Part shown: piece after piece, positions 26,341 to 35,811 of the stretch
Position numbering within the stretch: the first letter of the stretch is position 1
Layout of the letters: every line of letters begins with the position of its first letter
NCBI GenBank assembly: GCA_030041075.1
Contig: JASHOP010000098.1
Location: 1 to 55,247, forward strand
Direction of reading: 5' to 3'
Length of the DNA: 55,247 bases
Source: Thermoplasmata archaeon
GTDB lineage: Archaea > Thermoplasmatota > Thermoplasmata > Lutacidiplasmatales > UBA184
Notes under the pieces: generated by a model
Databases searched by the model: none
The model's input: only the letters and a program-made list of their open reading frames with translations
What the model was told of the DNA's origin: nothing
Program-made: the position numbers and the translations under genes

Positions 26341-27497
26341 TCCCCCGTCCGGAGCCGTCGCGCCGCGAGTTCGGCGAGGGAGGCCACCCCCGGCCGACGA
26401 TCGTCCGAGGCGACGGCGCGAGCCTCTGGGACGACCGCGGGCGCCGGTTCGTCGACCTCGGTGCGACGCACGGCGTCGGGAACCTCGGCGCGTCGCCGCC
26501 CGCGGTCGTCCGGGCGATCCAGGAGCAGGCCGCCCGCCTGATCCACCTCGGATCCGGCTACGCGAGCCCCGTGCGCACCGAGTTCCTGGAGAAGCTCCTC
26601 GGCCTCCTTCCGCCGTCGTTCGGCCGGGTCTTCCTCGCGAACTCGGGGACCGAGGCGGTCGAGGCCGCGATCAAGATCGCGCGGTCGTCGACCGGGCGGC
26701 CGAAGGTCGTCGCGGCGATGCGCGGGTTCCACGGCCGGACGCTCGGCGCGCTCAGCGCCACCTGGAGGCGGGAGCTCCGCGAGCCGTTCCTGCCCCTCGT
26801 GCCCGAGTTCGTCCACGTCCCGTTCAACGACCCCGCCGCGCTGGACGCGGCGGTCGACGAGCGCACGGCGCTCGTCCTGCTCGAGCCGGTCCAGGGGGAA
26901 GGCGGGGTCCACGTCGCGACCGCGGAGTACCTCCGTGCCGCCCGGGCGGCGGCGGACCGCTCCGGCGCGGTCCTGACGTTCGACGAGGTCCAGACCGGAC
27001 TGGGCCGGACGGGGCGTCTGTTCGCGTTCGAGCACGCGCGCGTCGTGCCGGACGTCCTCGTGCTGTCGAAGTCGCTCGCGGGCGGCGTCCCGATCGGCGC
27101 GACCGTCACCACGCCCGAGATCGAGTCCCGGTTCCGGGGGAGCCACCACTCGACGTTCGGCGGGAACCCCCTCGCCTGCGCGGCGGGGCTGGCCGCGCTC
27201 GACCTCGTCGTGCGCGAGCGGCTCGCCGAGCGGGCGGAGAAGCTCGGGCGCGTCGCGTTCGACCGGTTCCGCTCCCTTCCGCCGGAGCGCGTACGCGAGG
27301 TCCGGGGCCTCGGCCTGATGATCGGGATCGAGCTCCGCGAGAAGGTCGCCCCCGTCCTCGCGGCCCTCGAGGCGAACGGGTTCCTCGCGATCCCTGCCGG
27401 AGCGACCGTCCTCCGGCTCCTGCCGCCGCTCGTGATCGACGCGGCGGACTGGGACCGGGGGCTGGCCGCGATCTCGGAGGCGATCGGTGGTGGATGA
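26337..27497 (+). CDS. lysJ: [LysW]-aminoadipate semialdehyde / acetylornithine-type aminotransferase (LysJ/ArgD)
   Basis: Class III PLP aminotransferase: LANSGTEAVEAA, FDEVQTGLGRTG and LSKSLAGG. The start overlaps the lysZ stop (ATGA). Confidence 0.88.
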   Translation: MIPRPEPSRREFGEGGHPRPTIVRGDGASLWDDRGRRFVDLGATHGVGNLGASPPAVVRAIQEQAARLIHLGSGYASPVRTEFLEKLLGLLPPSFGRVFLANSGTEAVEAAIKIARSSTGRPKVVAAMRGFHGRTLGALSATWRRELREPFLPLVPEFVHVPFNDPAALDAAVDERTALVLLEPVQGEGGVHVATAEYLRAARAAADRSGAVLTFDEVQTGLGRTGRLFAFEHARVVPDVLVLSKSLAGGVPIGATVTTPEIESRFRGSHHSTFGGNPLACAAGLAALDLVVRERLAERAEKLGRVAFDRFRSLPPERVREVRGLGLMIGIELREKVAPVLAALEANGFLAIPAGATVLRLLPPLVIDAADWDRGLAAISEAIGGG

Positions 27498-28578
27498 GTC
27501 GTCCGTCCTGGAACGCCTCGTCGCGTGCTACAGCCCTTCCGGCGCGGAGGCGTCCGCGGTCTCGGCGTTCGTCGCGCTCGCGCGCGAGCTCGGGTTCCGG
27601 TCCCGCGTCGACCGGGCCGGCAACGGGATCGCCGTGCGGGGCCGGGGCCGCCCCGAGGTCCTGTTCCTCGGCCACATCGACACCGTCGAGGGCGACCGAC
27701 CGGTCCGCCGCGCGCGGGGGCGCCTCCACGGCCGCGGGGCGGTCGACGCGAAGGGGGCGCTCGCCGCCGCGCTGCTCGCCGGCCGCGGCTTCGACGGGCC
27801 CGGAACGTTCCGGATCGTCGCCGCCGTCGGCGAGGAGACCGACAGCCGGGGCGCCCGCCATCTCGTGCGCGGCCGTCGGCCGGACGCGGTGATCGCCGGC
27901 GAGCCGAGCGGCTGGCAGGGCGTCACGATCGGCTACAAGGGCGAGCTGAGGCTGGAGGCGTTCTTCGACGGGCACCGGACCCACTACGCCTCCCCGTTCC
28001 CGACGGCGACCGATCGCGCCGTCGACTGGGTCGAGCGCGTCCGGTCGGCCGCGGGCCTCCGAGCGGGCGACACCCCGTTCCGGTCGCTCTCGGTGAAGGC
28101 GATCGGGTTCGAGAGCCCGCCGGGGATCGACCCGGAGCGCGCCCGGGTCACGCTCGACGTGCGGATCCCGCCGGGCATGTCGAGCCGGGACGTGGAGGCG
28201 CTCCTCCCGCCCGGTCCCGAGAGCGCGTCGATCCGGGTGCTGGCGCGGTTCGAGCCGGTCGAGGTTCCCCGCTCCGACCCGGTCGTCCGGGCGCTCGCGG
28301 CGGCGGTCCGCGCCGGTGGCGGCGTCCCCACGCTCTGGCGCAAGTCCGGGACGTCGGACCTGAACCTCGCGATCCCGACATGGAAGGTCCCCGGCGCGGC
28401 GTACGGTCCCGGCGACGCCCGGCTCGACCACACCGACCGCGAGCAGCTCTCGCTCGCCGAGCTGCGCCGCTCGGCGGACGTGCTGCGCGCGGCGCTGGAC
28501 GCGCTCGTCGGCCCGGCCGGCGGGCTGCTCACTCCTCGACGATCGGCCGCCGCTCCCGGACGAACGAGCCGGCGTTGA
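27487..28578 (+). CDS. lysK: [LysW]-lysine/ornithine hydrolase (LysK/ArgE, M20 family)
   Basis: LFLGHIDTV and HGRGAVDAKGAL are present. The start is GTG. The last ~17 codons overlap the convergent pirin gene and look like a non-conserved tail. Confidence 0.8.
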   Translation: MVDESSVLERLVACYSPSGAEASAVSAFVALARELGFRSRVDRAGNGIAVRGRGRPEVLFLGHIDTVEGDRPVRRARGRLHGRGAVDAKGALAAALLAGRGFDGPGTFRIVAAVGEETDSRGARHLVRGRRPDAVIAGEPSGWQGVTIGYKGELRLEAFFDGHRTHYASPFPTATDRAVDWVERVRSAAGLRAGDTPFRSLSVKAIGFESPPGIDPERARVTLDVRIPPGMSSRDVEALLPPGPESASIRVLARFEPVEVPRSDPVVRALAAAVRAGGGVPTLWRKSGTSDLNLAIPTWKVPGAAYGPGDARLDHTDREQLSLAELRRSADVLRAALDALVGPAGGLLTPRRSAAAPGRTSRR

Positions 28579-29404
28579 GCTCGCGGACCGCGTCCGCCAG
28601 CTGGGCCCGGGTGTTCATGACGATCGGCCCGTACCAGGCGACCGGCTCGTGGAGGGGACGGCCCGCGACGAGGAGGAACCGCATCCCGCCCGCGCCCGCC
28701 CAGAGGCGGACCGAGCCCCCCGGACCGAACAGCACGGTCTCGCCGGCGGCGATCGGGCGGGGGTCCGCCCCGTCGGCGGCGCCGTCGCCGTCGATCGCGT
28801 GGGCGAAGACGGTGTACCCCGGCGGCGTGGGGTTCGCGAACGCCTCGCCGGGGGTCAGGCGCACGTCGAGGTACGTCGGGTCGACCGGGATCCCCCGGAC
28901 CGGGCCTTCGACGGAGCCGTGCGTCCCGGCGACGACGCGGACCTCCGCGCCGGTGTCGGCGCGGACGGTCGGGAGGTCGGCGGCGCCGAGTCCGCGGTAG
29001 GCCGGCGTCGACATCTTCTCGCGGGACGGGAGGTTGACCCAGAGCTGGAAGCCGGCCAGCGGCCCGTCCGTCCGCTGGGGCATCTCCTGGTGGATGATGC
29101 CGCTGCCGGAGTTCATCCACTGGACATCCCCCGCACCGATCACGCCGGAGTTGCCGAGCGTGTCGCCGTGCTCGACGCGTCCGTCGAGCACGTACGTCAC
29201 GGTCTCGATCCCCCGGTGCGGGTGCCACGGGAACCCGGCGAGGTAGTCGTCGGGGTCGCTCGACCCGAACCGGTCGAGGAGCAGGAACGGGTCGAACAGC
29301 GGGACCTCGTTGTTCGAGAACGAACGCCGGAGTCGGACGCCGGCGCCCTCGAGCGTCGGGACCCCGGGAAAGCGGCGCACGATCGAGCGGACAGGATCGG
29401 TCAT
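28529..29404 (-). CDS. Pirin family protein
   Basis: FPWHPHRGIETVTYVLDGRVEHGD and MNSGSGIIHQEMP are present. Confidence 0.9.
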   Translation of the reverse strand: MTDPVRSIVRRFPGVPTLEGAGVRLRRSFSNNEVPLFDPFLLLDRFGSSDPDDYLAGFPWHPHRGIETVTYVLDGRVEHGDTLGNSGVIGAGDVQWMNSGSGIIHQEMPQRTDGPLAGFQLWVNLPSREKMSTPAYRGLGAADLPTVRADTGAEVRVVAGTHGSVEGPVRGIPVDPTYLDVRLTPGEAFANPTPPGYTVFAHAIDGDGAADGADPRPIAAGETVLFGPGGSVRLWAGAGGMRFLLVAGRPLHEPVAWYGPIVMNTRAQLADAVRELNAGSFVRERRPIVEE

Positions 29405-29582
29405 GGATTACCTTGGGTAATCGAATGTACTGGAGCAACTTAAGCGTTCGGTGCCCCGGAGGTAACCCGCGGACGCGGGAGACCGCCTGCCTCCGGCGCG
29501 GTCCCGGACCGAGGCCGTCCCGGCTCCCGCCGGCTCCGACCGTCGCGCTTATCCCGCACCGCGAGGCTCTCGAGCGGGGATC

Positions 29583-30785
29583 GTGTCCGAGACCGGCTCG
29601 CTGCTCCGCCGCCTCGAATGCCGGGCGTGCTGCGCGGAGGTCCCCCCGGACCGACCCGTGGGGGTCTGCCCGACGTGCGGGCACGCCCTCTTCGCGACGT
29701 ACGATCTCGACCGGCTCGACGCGGCGGCGTGGCGCCGGGAACTCGCGGGGCGGCCCCCGACGCTCTGGCGGTATCGCGAGCTGCTGCCGATCGCCTCGTC
29801 GCGATCGATCGCCTCGCTCGGCGAGGCGACGTCCCCCGTGCTCCCGCTCGAGGGCGTCGACGGCCTCGAACGGATCGAAGTGTGGCTCAAGGACGATGGC
29901 GGACTCCCGACCGGGTCGTTCAAGGCGCGCGGGATGGCGGTCGCCGTCTCGCGGGCGACCGAGCTCGGGCTCCGCGACCTGTTCGTCCCCACCGCGGGCA
30001 ACGCCGGCGTGGCGCTGGCCGCCTACGGCGCCCGCGCCCGGCTGCGCGTGCGCGTGTACATGCCCGAGGGGACCCCCGCACCGATGAAGGCGGCCGCCCG
30101 CGGGTACGGGGCGGAGGTCCGCACGCTGCCGGGCACGCTCCGGGAGGTCGGCGCGGCGGCCCGGGCGGCCGAGAAGGGGTCCGGATCGTTCGACATGTCG
30201 ACGCTGCGCGAGCCGTACCGTGTCGAGGGGAAGAAGACGATGGGCCTCGAGATCTTCGAGCGGATGGCGGACGAGGGGCTGCCGGACGCGATCGTCTACC
30301 CGACCGGCGGAGGGACGGGGCTCGTCGGGATGTTCAAGGCGTTCCGCGAGCTCCGGTCGCTGGGCCTGCTCGAGCGCGTCCCTCGGCTGCTGGCCGTCCA
30401 ACCGGAAGGATGCGCCCCGATCGTGCGCGCGCTCCGCGACGGGCGGCCGAGCGCCGAGCCGTGGGACCCGGCGTCGACGATCGCGCCCGGTCTCCTCGTT
30501 CCCGCCCCGTTCGCGTCGGAGCGGGTGCTGGAGGCGATCCGCGAGAGCCGGGGGGGCGGGGTCGTCGTCGCCGATCGGGCGATCGCATCCGCGGTGCGGG
30601 AGCTGGCGCAGCGCCACGGCGTCTCCGCCTCCCCCGAAGGGGCCGCGGCGTACGCGGCCCTGCCCACGCTCGCGAAGGAGAACCTCCTCCGTGACGGCGA
30701 GAGGGTCCTCCTCTACAACACGGGGAGCGGTATCCCGTTCGTGGGCGCGGCGTGGACGGTCGAGCCCGGGGCCGGCTCGCCCTGA
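29583..30785 (+). CDS. thrC: Threonine synthase with N-terminal zinc ribbon
   Basis: Carries CRACxx..CPTCGH and the PLP lysine motif GSFKARGM. The start is GTG. A CTTATC patch lies 30-35 nt upstream. Confidence 0.8.
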   Translation: MSETGSLLRRLECRACCAEVPPDRPVGVCPTCGHALFATYDLDRLDAAAWRRELAGRPPTLWRYRELLPIASSRSIASLGEATSPVLPLEGVDGLERIEVWLKDDGGLPTGSFKARGMAVAVSRATELGLRDLFVPTAGNAGVALAAYGARARLRVRVYMPEGTPAPMKAAARGYGAEVRTLPGTLREVGAAARAAEKGSGSFDMSTLREPYRVEGKKTMGLEIFERMADEGLPDAIVYPTGGGTGLVGMFKAFRELRSLGLLERVPRLLAVQPEGCAPIVRALRDGRPSAEPWDPASTIAPGLLVPAPFASERVLEAIRESRGGGVVVADRAIASAVRELAQRHGVSASPEGAAAYAALPTLAKENLLRDGERVLLYNTGSGIPFVGAAWTVEPGAGSP

Positions 30786-30815
30786 GGCGACCGTCGGCGG
30801 ACCCGCCGGCGGCGA

Positions 30816-32135
30816 CTACCAGCGCGCGCGTCGGGCCGGGTAGCGCCCGCCGCGGCGGTCGTCGCGTCGCCCGGAGCGGGGCGGGGGTGATCCCCTCGGG
30901 GGCCGCCCGCGCCCGGGTCGCCCGCCGCCGGGGAACGGGGCGCGGCCGGGATCGGCCGCGGGGGGTGCCGTCAGGTCGAACCCCGGTAGCTGCGAGCGCG
31001 GGATCTTGTTGCCGAGCAACCGCTCGATCCGGGCGAGATCGCCCTCCTCCTCCGCCGACACGAGGGTCAGCGCGTCACCCTGGCGCTGGGCGCGGGCGGT
31101 GCGGCCGACCCGATGGATGTAGACCTCGGGCTCGTGGGGGACGTCGTAGTTGATGACGTGGCTCACGCCCTCGACGTCCAGCCCGCGCGCGGCGATGTCG
31201 GTCGCGACCAGGAGGCGCTGCGCCCCCCGACGGAAGCCGTCGAGCGCCCGGACCCGCTGGCTCTGGCTCCGGCCGCCGTGCAGGACCCCGGCCTCGAACC
31301 CGCGCCGCACGAGCTGGTCGACGAGCCGGTCGGCGCGGTGCTTCGTCCGGACGAACACGAGCACGCTCGACATCGTCGCGTCGCGCAGCAGCTCGACCAG
31401 AAGGTCCGTCTTCCGGGTCGCGGGCACGGAGAGCACGAGGTGGGAGACCCCGACCGCCGCGGCGGTGGTCGGATCGACCTGGACCATCTTCGGGTCCCGG
31501 AGGTAGTCGTGCGCGAGGCGGACGACCTCGGGCGGCATCGTGGCGGAGAACAGCATCGTCTGGCGCTGGGCCGGGATCGACCGTAGGATCCTCCGGACGT
31601 CGGGAAGGAACCCCATGTCGAGCATGCGATCCCCCTCGTCCAGGACCAGGATCCGCAGGGCGGAGAAGTCGACGTACCCCCGGCTCATGTGGTCGAGCAG
31701 CCGACCCGGCGTGGCGATGATGATCTCGGCCCGGCCCCGGAGCGCGCGTTCCTGCTCGAGCATGCCCACGCCCCCGTACACCGCGGCGCCGCGGACCCGG
31801 GTGTGGTGGCCGAGCTGCCGGACGAACTCCTGGGCCTGGAGGGCGAGCTCCCGCGTCGGGGTGAGGACGAGCGCGTAGATGCGGCCCGGGGGAAGCTCCA
31901 GCAGCCGCTCGAGCGTCGGGAGGAGGAACGCCGCGGTCTTGCCGGTCCCGGTCTGGGCCGTGCCGACCAGGTCTCGTCCCAGTACCGCGGGCGGTATCGT
32001 GCGGTCCTGGATCGGCGTCGGAGTCGTATAACCCATCGCGCGGACACCTAGGCGGAGCCGGGGGTCGAGGGGGAGGTCGTCGAAGGTCGTCGCCGGGGTC
32101 CGGGGGCGGGGTGGTGCGGTCTCGGGGTCGGTCAT
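30816..32135 (-). CDS. DEAD-box RNA helicase with a DEGD motif II variant and an Arg/Gly/Pro-rich tail
   Basis: Carries AQTGTGKT (I), PTRELA (Ia), VLDEGDRMLDMGF (II), SAT (III) and YIHRVGRTAR (VI). The ATG is at 32135. Confidence 0.88.
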   Translation of the reverse strand: MTDPETAPPRPRTPATTFDDLPLDPRLRLGVRAMGYTTPTPIQDRTIPPAVLGRDLVGTAQTGTGKTAAFLLPTLERLLELPPGRIYALVLTPTRELALQAQEFVRQLGHHTRVRGAAVYGGVGMLEQERALRGRAEIIIATPGRLLDHMSRGYVDFSALRILVLDEGDRMLDMGFLPDVRRILRSIPAQRQTMLFSATMPPEVVRLAHDYLRDPKMVQVDPTTAAAVGVSHLVLSVPATRKTDLLVELLRDATMSSVLVFVRTKHRADRLVDQLVRRGFEAGVLHGGRSQSQRVRALDGFRRGAQRLLVATDIAARGLDVEGVSHVINYDVPHEPEVYIHRVGRTARAQRQGDALTLVSAEEEGDLARIERLLGNKIPRSQLPGFDLTAPPAADPGRAPFPGGGRPGRGRPPRGSPPPRSGRRDDRRGGRYPARRARW

Positions 32136-32275
32136 CGGTGCTCGCGGTTCGCCCAATCCGCGTTCGCCGACCGGGTTCCGTTCTCCGGGATCGAGCCGAC
32201 CCTCGGTTAATACGTCTGGCCCCCCTGCGCCGGGGTCGAACGAAGGCTCCGGAGCGATCCGGGGGGCCGCCGCCC

Positions 32276-33901
32276 CTACCGGAGACCGACGATCTCGCCG
32301 TCGTCGGAGAGGCCGATCGTCTCGGTCGCCGGATGCTCGGGGAGACCCGGAAGGGTGACGATCGACCCGACGATCGCCACCGTGAACCCCGCACCGGACC
32401 AGCGCGCGAGACGGCGGACCCGGACGGGGAACCCCGTCGGCCGGCCGATCTTCCGGGCGTCGTCCGAGAGCGACCGCGGGGTCTTCGCGATGCAGACCGG
32501 GCCGTTCGCCTCGCCCATCGCTCGGATCCGCTCGAGGTCGGCGGTCGCCTCGGGCGAGAACTCCACCGACGCGCCCCCGTAGAACTCGGTCACGATCCGG
32601 GCCAGGGCGTCCTCCACCGAGGCGTCCGCCGGATACGCCGGGTGGCTCCGCTGGCCCCGGGCCGCCGCCTCGATCACGAGCCGCGCGAGGTTCTCGGCTC
32701 CCGATCCCCCGTCCTGGAACACCGTCGTGACCGCGCACGGGGCCCCACGCTCCGCGCAGAACCGCTCGACCCGATCGATCTCCTCGGGAGCGTCGTGGGG
32801 GAACCGGTTCAGGGCGACGATCGGGTCGAGGCCGATCCGGCGGAGGTTGTCGAGGTGCTGGTCGAGGTTCGCCAGCCCGCGCTCCACCGCCTCCGCCGAG
32901 ACCTCGTCCTCCGCGCCTCCTCCGTGATGGCGCAGCGCCCGGACCGTCGCGACCACGACCCCGACGTTCGCGTCGAGGTGGGACTGGCGCGAGACGATGT
33001 CGACGAACTTCTCCGCGCCCAGCTCGGTGGCGAAGCCGGCCTCCACGACGCAGAACTCGCTCAGCGAGACCCCGGCCCGCATCGCGAGGACGCTGCAGGT
33101 GCCGTGCGCGACGTTCGCGTACGGTATCCCGTGGACGAACGCCGCGGTCCCCTCGGCCGTCTGGACGAGGTTCGGCGCGAGCGCGGTGGCCAGCAGCGTC
33201 GCGACGGACCCCTCGGCGGCCAGGTCGCTCGCCCGGACCGGGCCGCCGCTCCCGTTGCGGGCGACGACGATCCGGCCCAGCCGGCGCTTCAGGTCGGCGT
33301 AGTCTCCGGCGAGGGCATGGATCGCCGCCACCTCCGTAGCCGCGGTGACGGCGAACTGTCCCGGCCGGGGGAAACCGGGCCCGGAGGCCGAGAGACCGGT
33401 GGTGATGTCACGGAGCGACCGGTCCTCGATCGAGGAGGCGCGGGGAAGGAGCGGGCGGTCCGTCGCGAGGCCGAGCGAGTTGCCCCGGAAGATGTGGTGG
33501 TCGACGAGCGCGGCGAGGAGGTTCTGCGCGTTGGCGATCGCGTCGAGGTCGCCCGTCAGGCCGAGATCGATGACGCTTCGCGGTTCAACGGTCGACCGAC
33601 CCCCGCCGGTCGCGCCTCCCTTGGAGCCGAACACCGGGCCGATCGACGGCTGGCGAAGGCAGACGATCGCTCGGTGTCCGAGCCGCTCGAGCGCCATCGC
33701 CAGGCCGATCGACACGACCGTCTTTCCCTCGCCGTGCTCGGTCGCCGTCATCGCGCTCACGAGGACGAGGTGGCCCCGGTGGGAACCCGAGTACCGCGAG
33801 CGGACCAGCGCGACCGGAACCTTCAGCGCGCCCCGGCCCGCGGGGATCAGGTCGTCCGGTCGGAACCCGATGCTCGAGGCGACCTGCCCGATCGACTTCA
33901 T
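32276..33901 (-). CDS. fhs: Formate--tetrahydrofolate ligase
   Basis: 541 aa. TEHGEGKTVVSIGL is P-loop-like, PSIGPVFGSKGGATGGG is present, and the family pattern holds across the whole length. Confidence 0.88.
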   Translation of the reverse strand: MKSIGQVASSIGFRPDDLIPAGRGALKVPVALVRSRYSGSHRGHLVLVSAMTATEHGEGKTVVSIGLAMALERLGHRAIVCLRQPSIGPVFGSKGGATGGGRSTVEPRSVIDLGLTGDLDAIANAQNLLAALVDHHIFRGNSLGLATDRPLLPRASSIEDRSLRDITTGLSASGPGFPRPGQFAVTAATEVAAIHALAGDYADLKRRLGRIVVARNGSGGPVRASDLAAEGSVATLLATALAPNLVQTAEGTAAFVHGIPYANVAHGTCSVLAMRAGVSLSEFCVVEAGFATELGAEKFVDIVSRQSHLDANVGVVVATVRALRHHGGGAEDEVSAEAVERGLANLDQHLDNLRRIGLDPIVALNRFPHDAPEEIDRVERFCAERGAPCAVTTVFQDGGSGAENLARLVIEAAARGQRSHPAYPADASVEDALARIVTEFYGGASVEFSPEATADLERIRAMGEANGPVCIAKTPRSLSDDARKIGRPTGFPVRVRRLARWSGAGFTVAIVGSIVTLPGLPEHPATETIGLSDDGEIVGLR

Positions 33902-33938
33902 CGACGACCTTTCGGTTCCGCCGCGGGAGACATTCCGG

Positions 33939-34526
33939 CTACGTATCTCCGACGGGTGGATCGGCCCGGGGCCGGAACGGGCGGACCGTGAACCGGTACT
34001 CGAAGAACAACGCGTCGGCGACCGGGTGGTCCCAGTACCGGGGGGTCGGCACGAATCCCTGGTCCCGGTAGACCCGGATCGCGGCGCGCATCGCCGGAAG
34101 CGTGTCGAGGACCACCCTACGGTAGCCGTACTTCCGAGCTCGCTCGAGGAGCGAGCGGGTGAGGCGAAGACCCAGGCCCCGGCCCCGATAGCGGGGTCGC
34201 ACGTAGACCCGCTTGATCTCGCCGACCGAACGGCTCCGTCGGCGCAGCGCTCCGCATCCGACCGGGGTCCGACCGATGCGGGCGATCACGAGCGCCCCCC
34301 CGGGGGGTCGGTACGAGCCGGGAAGTCCCTCGATCTCCGCGTCGAGCTCGCGGAGCCCCCGCTTGAGCACGGGATCCGGGAACGCGGTGATCTCGCGGTG
34401 GGTCGCGAGCCAGTCCCGGTACTCCTTCATCAGCGTCCTCGCGACGGCGATGTCGTCGGGGCTCGTCGCCCGGCAAACGGAGACCGTTCCCCGAGCGTGG
34501 CGCGGTCGCTCGCTAGCCGGGCCCAA
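33939..34526 (-). CDS. GNAT family N-acetyltransferase. The TTG start at 34526 is tentative.
   Basis: VGCGALRRRSRSVGEIKRVYVRPRYRGRGLGLRLTRSLLERA is the GNAT motif A region. Confidence 0.7.
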   Translation of the reverse strand: MGPASERPRHARGTVSVCRATSPDDIAVARTLMKEYRDWLATHREITAFPDPVLKRGLRELDAEIEGLPGSYRPPGGALVIARIGRTPVGCGALRRRSRSVGEIKRVYVRPRYRGRGLGLRLTRSLLERARKYGYRRVVLDTLPAMRAAIRVYRDQGFVPTPRYWDHPVADALFFEYRFTVRPFRPRADPPVGDT

Positions 34527-34857
34527 CGCTGCGCTCCGCGATGCGGACGGTCGGGCCGCTCGTTCGGGGGGGTCCGGGTCCCGCCGGATCGTCGCGCGCG
34601 GATCGGTCGATCGCCGGAGCGGCCGAGGACCGACGGATCGAGGACACCGCCCGCGCAGTATCGACCGGTTCATGGGCGTTGCTCCTGCGTCGCCGGGTTC
34701 CGTCGTGCGTCGTACGGTCGACGGCAGCGCGTCGGGGCCTGGAGCTCCTCTCGGCCATCGGCCGCGGCTCGAGCTCGATCCGGGGCAGAACGGTCGGGTC
34801 GACCGCACCCTGGGAACCCCGGAGACGCGACGGGAAAATCCCTAAGGGCAGGAACGG

Positions 34858-35721
34858 GTGAGCCGCCCACGCCGACCGATGGGCGATGAGTGGCTGACGT
34901 GGCACCGGTCCTACGAGGACGACCCAACGATGGCGGGGCGCCTCCGCGAGGTCCAGCGCGCGATCCGGCGCGTGCTGGACATCCTCCCGCCGGGCCCGAT
35001 CCGCGTGGTCAGCGGCTGCTCGGGGGACGGTCGCGACCTGCTCGGAGCGCTCGTCGCTCATCCGCGAGCCCGCGACGTGACGGCGCGGCTGGTCGACCTC
35101 ACCCCGGAGCTGGTGCGCCGGGGACGCCGGCGCGCCCACCGAGCCGGGCTGACGAACGTGAGGTTCGTTCTCGGGGACGCGTCGATCGCCGACGCGTACA
35201 TGGGCGCGGTTCCTGCCGACCTGGTGCTGTTCTGCGGGATCTTCGGCAACATCAGCGATGCGGACGTCCACCGGTCGATCCGCCACCTCCCCGAGCTTTG
35301 CGCCGAGGGGGCGACGGTGATCTGGACGCGGGGCCGCTTCCGGCCGGACCTGACTCCGGCGATCCGCGCGTGGTTCGAGCGCGCCGGGTTCGTCGAACGA
35401 TCGTTCGTGACGATCCCCGGGTCGACCAAGGCGGTCGGCGTGCACCGCCTGGCTCGCACCCCGTCCCCCCTTCGACCGGGCGTGCGGCTGTTCACCTTCC
35501 TCCCCTACGCGCGTAGGCCCGCGACGCTCGCGGGGACTCGCGGTCGCGGCCGGAGCGGGCCGGGGGGAGATCGCCCGGCCGCTACCGGTTCGAGAGGGCC
35601 GGAGTCGGGGCCTACCACGGCGCAGAAGCGGACGCCGCGCGGTCGGAACGGGACGCACGGGTCGCCGTTCTTCCATGGGGTGCGCAGACCGCCCAACGAT
35701 GGAGGAGGCCCGTCCGCATGA
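34858..35721 (+). CDS. Class I SAM-dependent methyltransferase. The start is GTG 34858 or ATG 34879. The C-terminal ~70 aa are low-complexity.
   Basis: IRVVSGCSGDGRDLL (motif I-like), LVLFCGIFGNISDADV and GATVIWTRG are present. Confidence 0.6.
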   Translation: MSRPRRPMGDEWLTWHRSYEDDPTMAGRLREVQRAIRRVLDILPPGPIRVVSGCSGDGRDLLGALVAHPRARDVTARLVDLTPELVRRGRRRAHRAGLTNVRFVLGDASIADAYMGAVPADLVLFCGIFGNISDADVHRSIRHLPELCAEGATVIWTRGRFRPDLTPAIRAWFERAGFVERSFVTIPGSTKAVGVHRLARTPSPLRPGVRLFTFLPYARRPATLAGTRGRGRSGPGGDRPAATGSRGPESGPTTAQKRTPRGRNGTHGSPFFHGVRRPPNDGGGPSA

Positions 35722-35780
35722 CCTGCCGACTTGGCGATCCGCCTCCTGACGGTCGCCGCCTCGTCGGAACGGGCCCCATC

Positions 35781-35786
35781 TTAATA
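35781..35786 (+). promoter_or_regulatory. TATA-like box (TTAATA) for the DNA methyltransferase gene
   Basis: An isolated A/T hexamer 26-31 nt upstream of the ATG at 35812. This implies a leaderless mRNA. Confidence 0.4.
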
Positions 35787-35811
35787 CGCGGCGAGCCGTC
35801 GGCGCGGATCG

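Noticed and set aside
14691-30617. Other long shadow ORFs: 14691-17033 (-), 17714-20158 (+), 21974-24412 (-), 24652-25914 (-) and 27984-30617 (-). A further one lies at 51491-53884 (-) outside this range.
   Set aside because: The reasoning is the same: junk composition, and each lies antisense to or out of frame with genes that have clear signatures (GDE, ArgH/LysX, LysY, pirin/ThrC, NiCoT).
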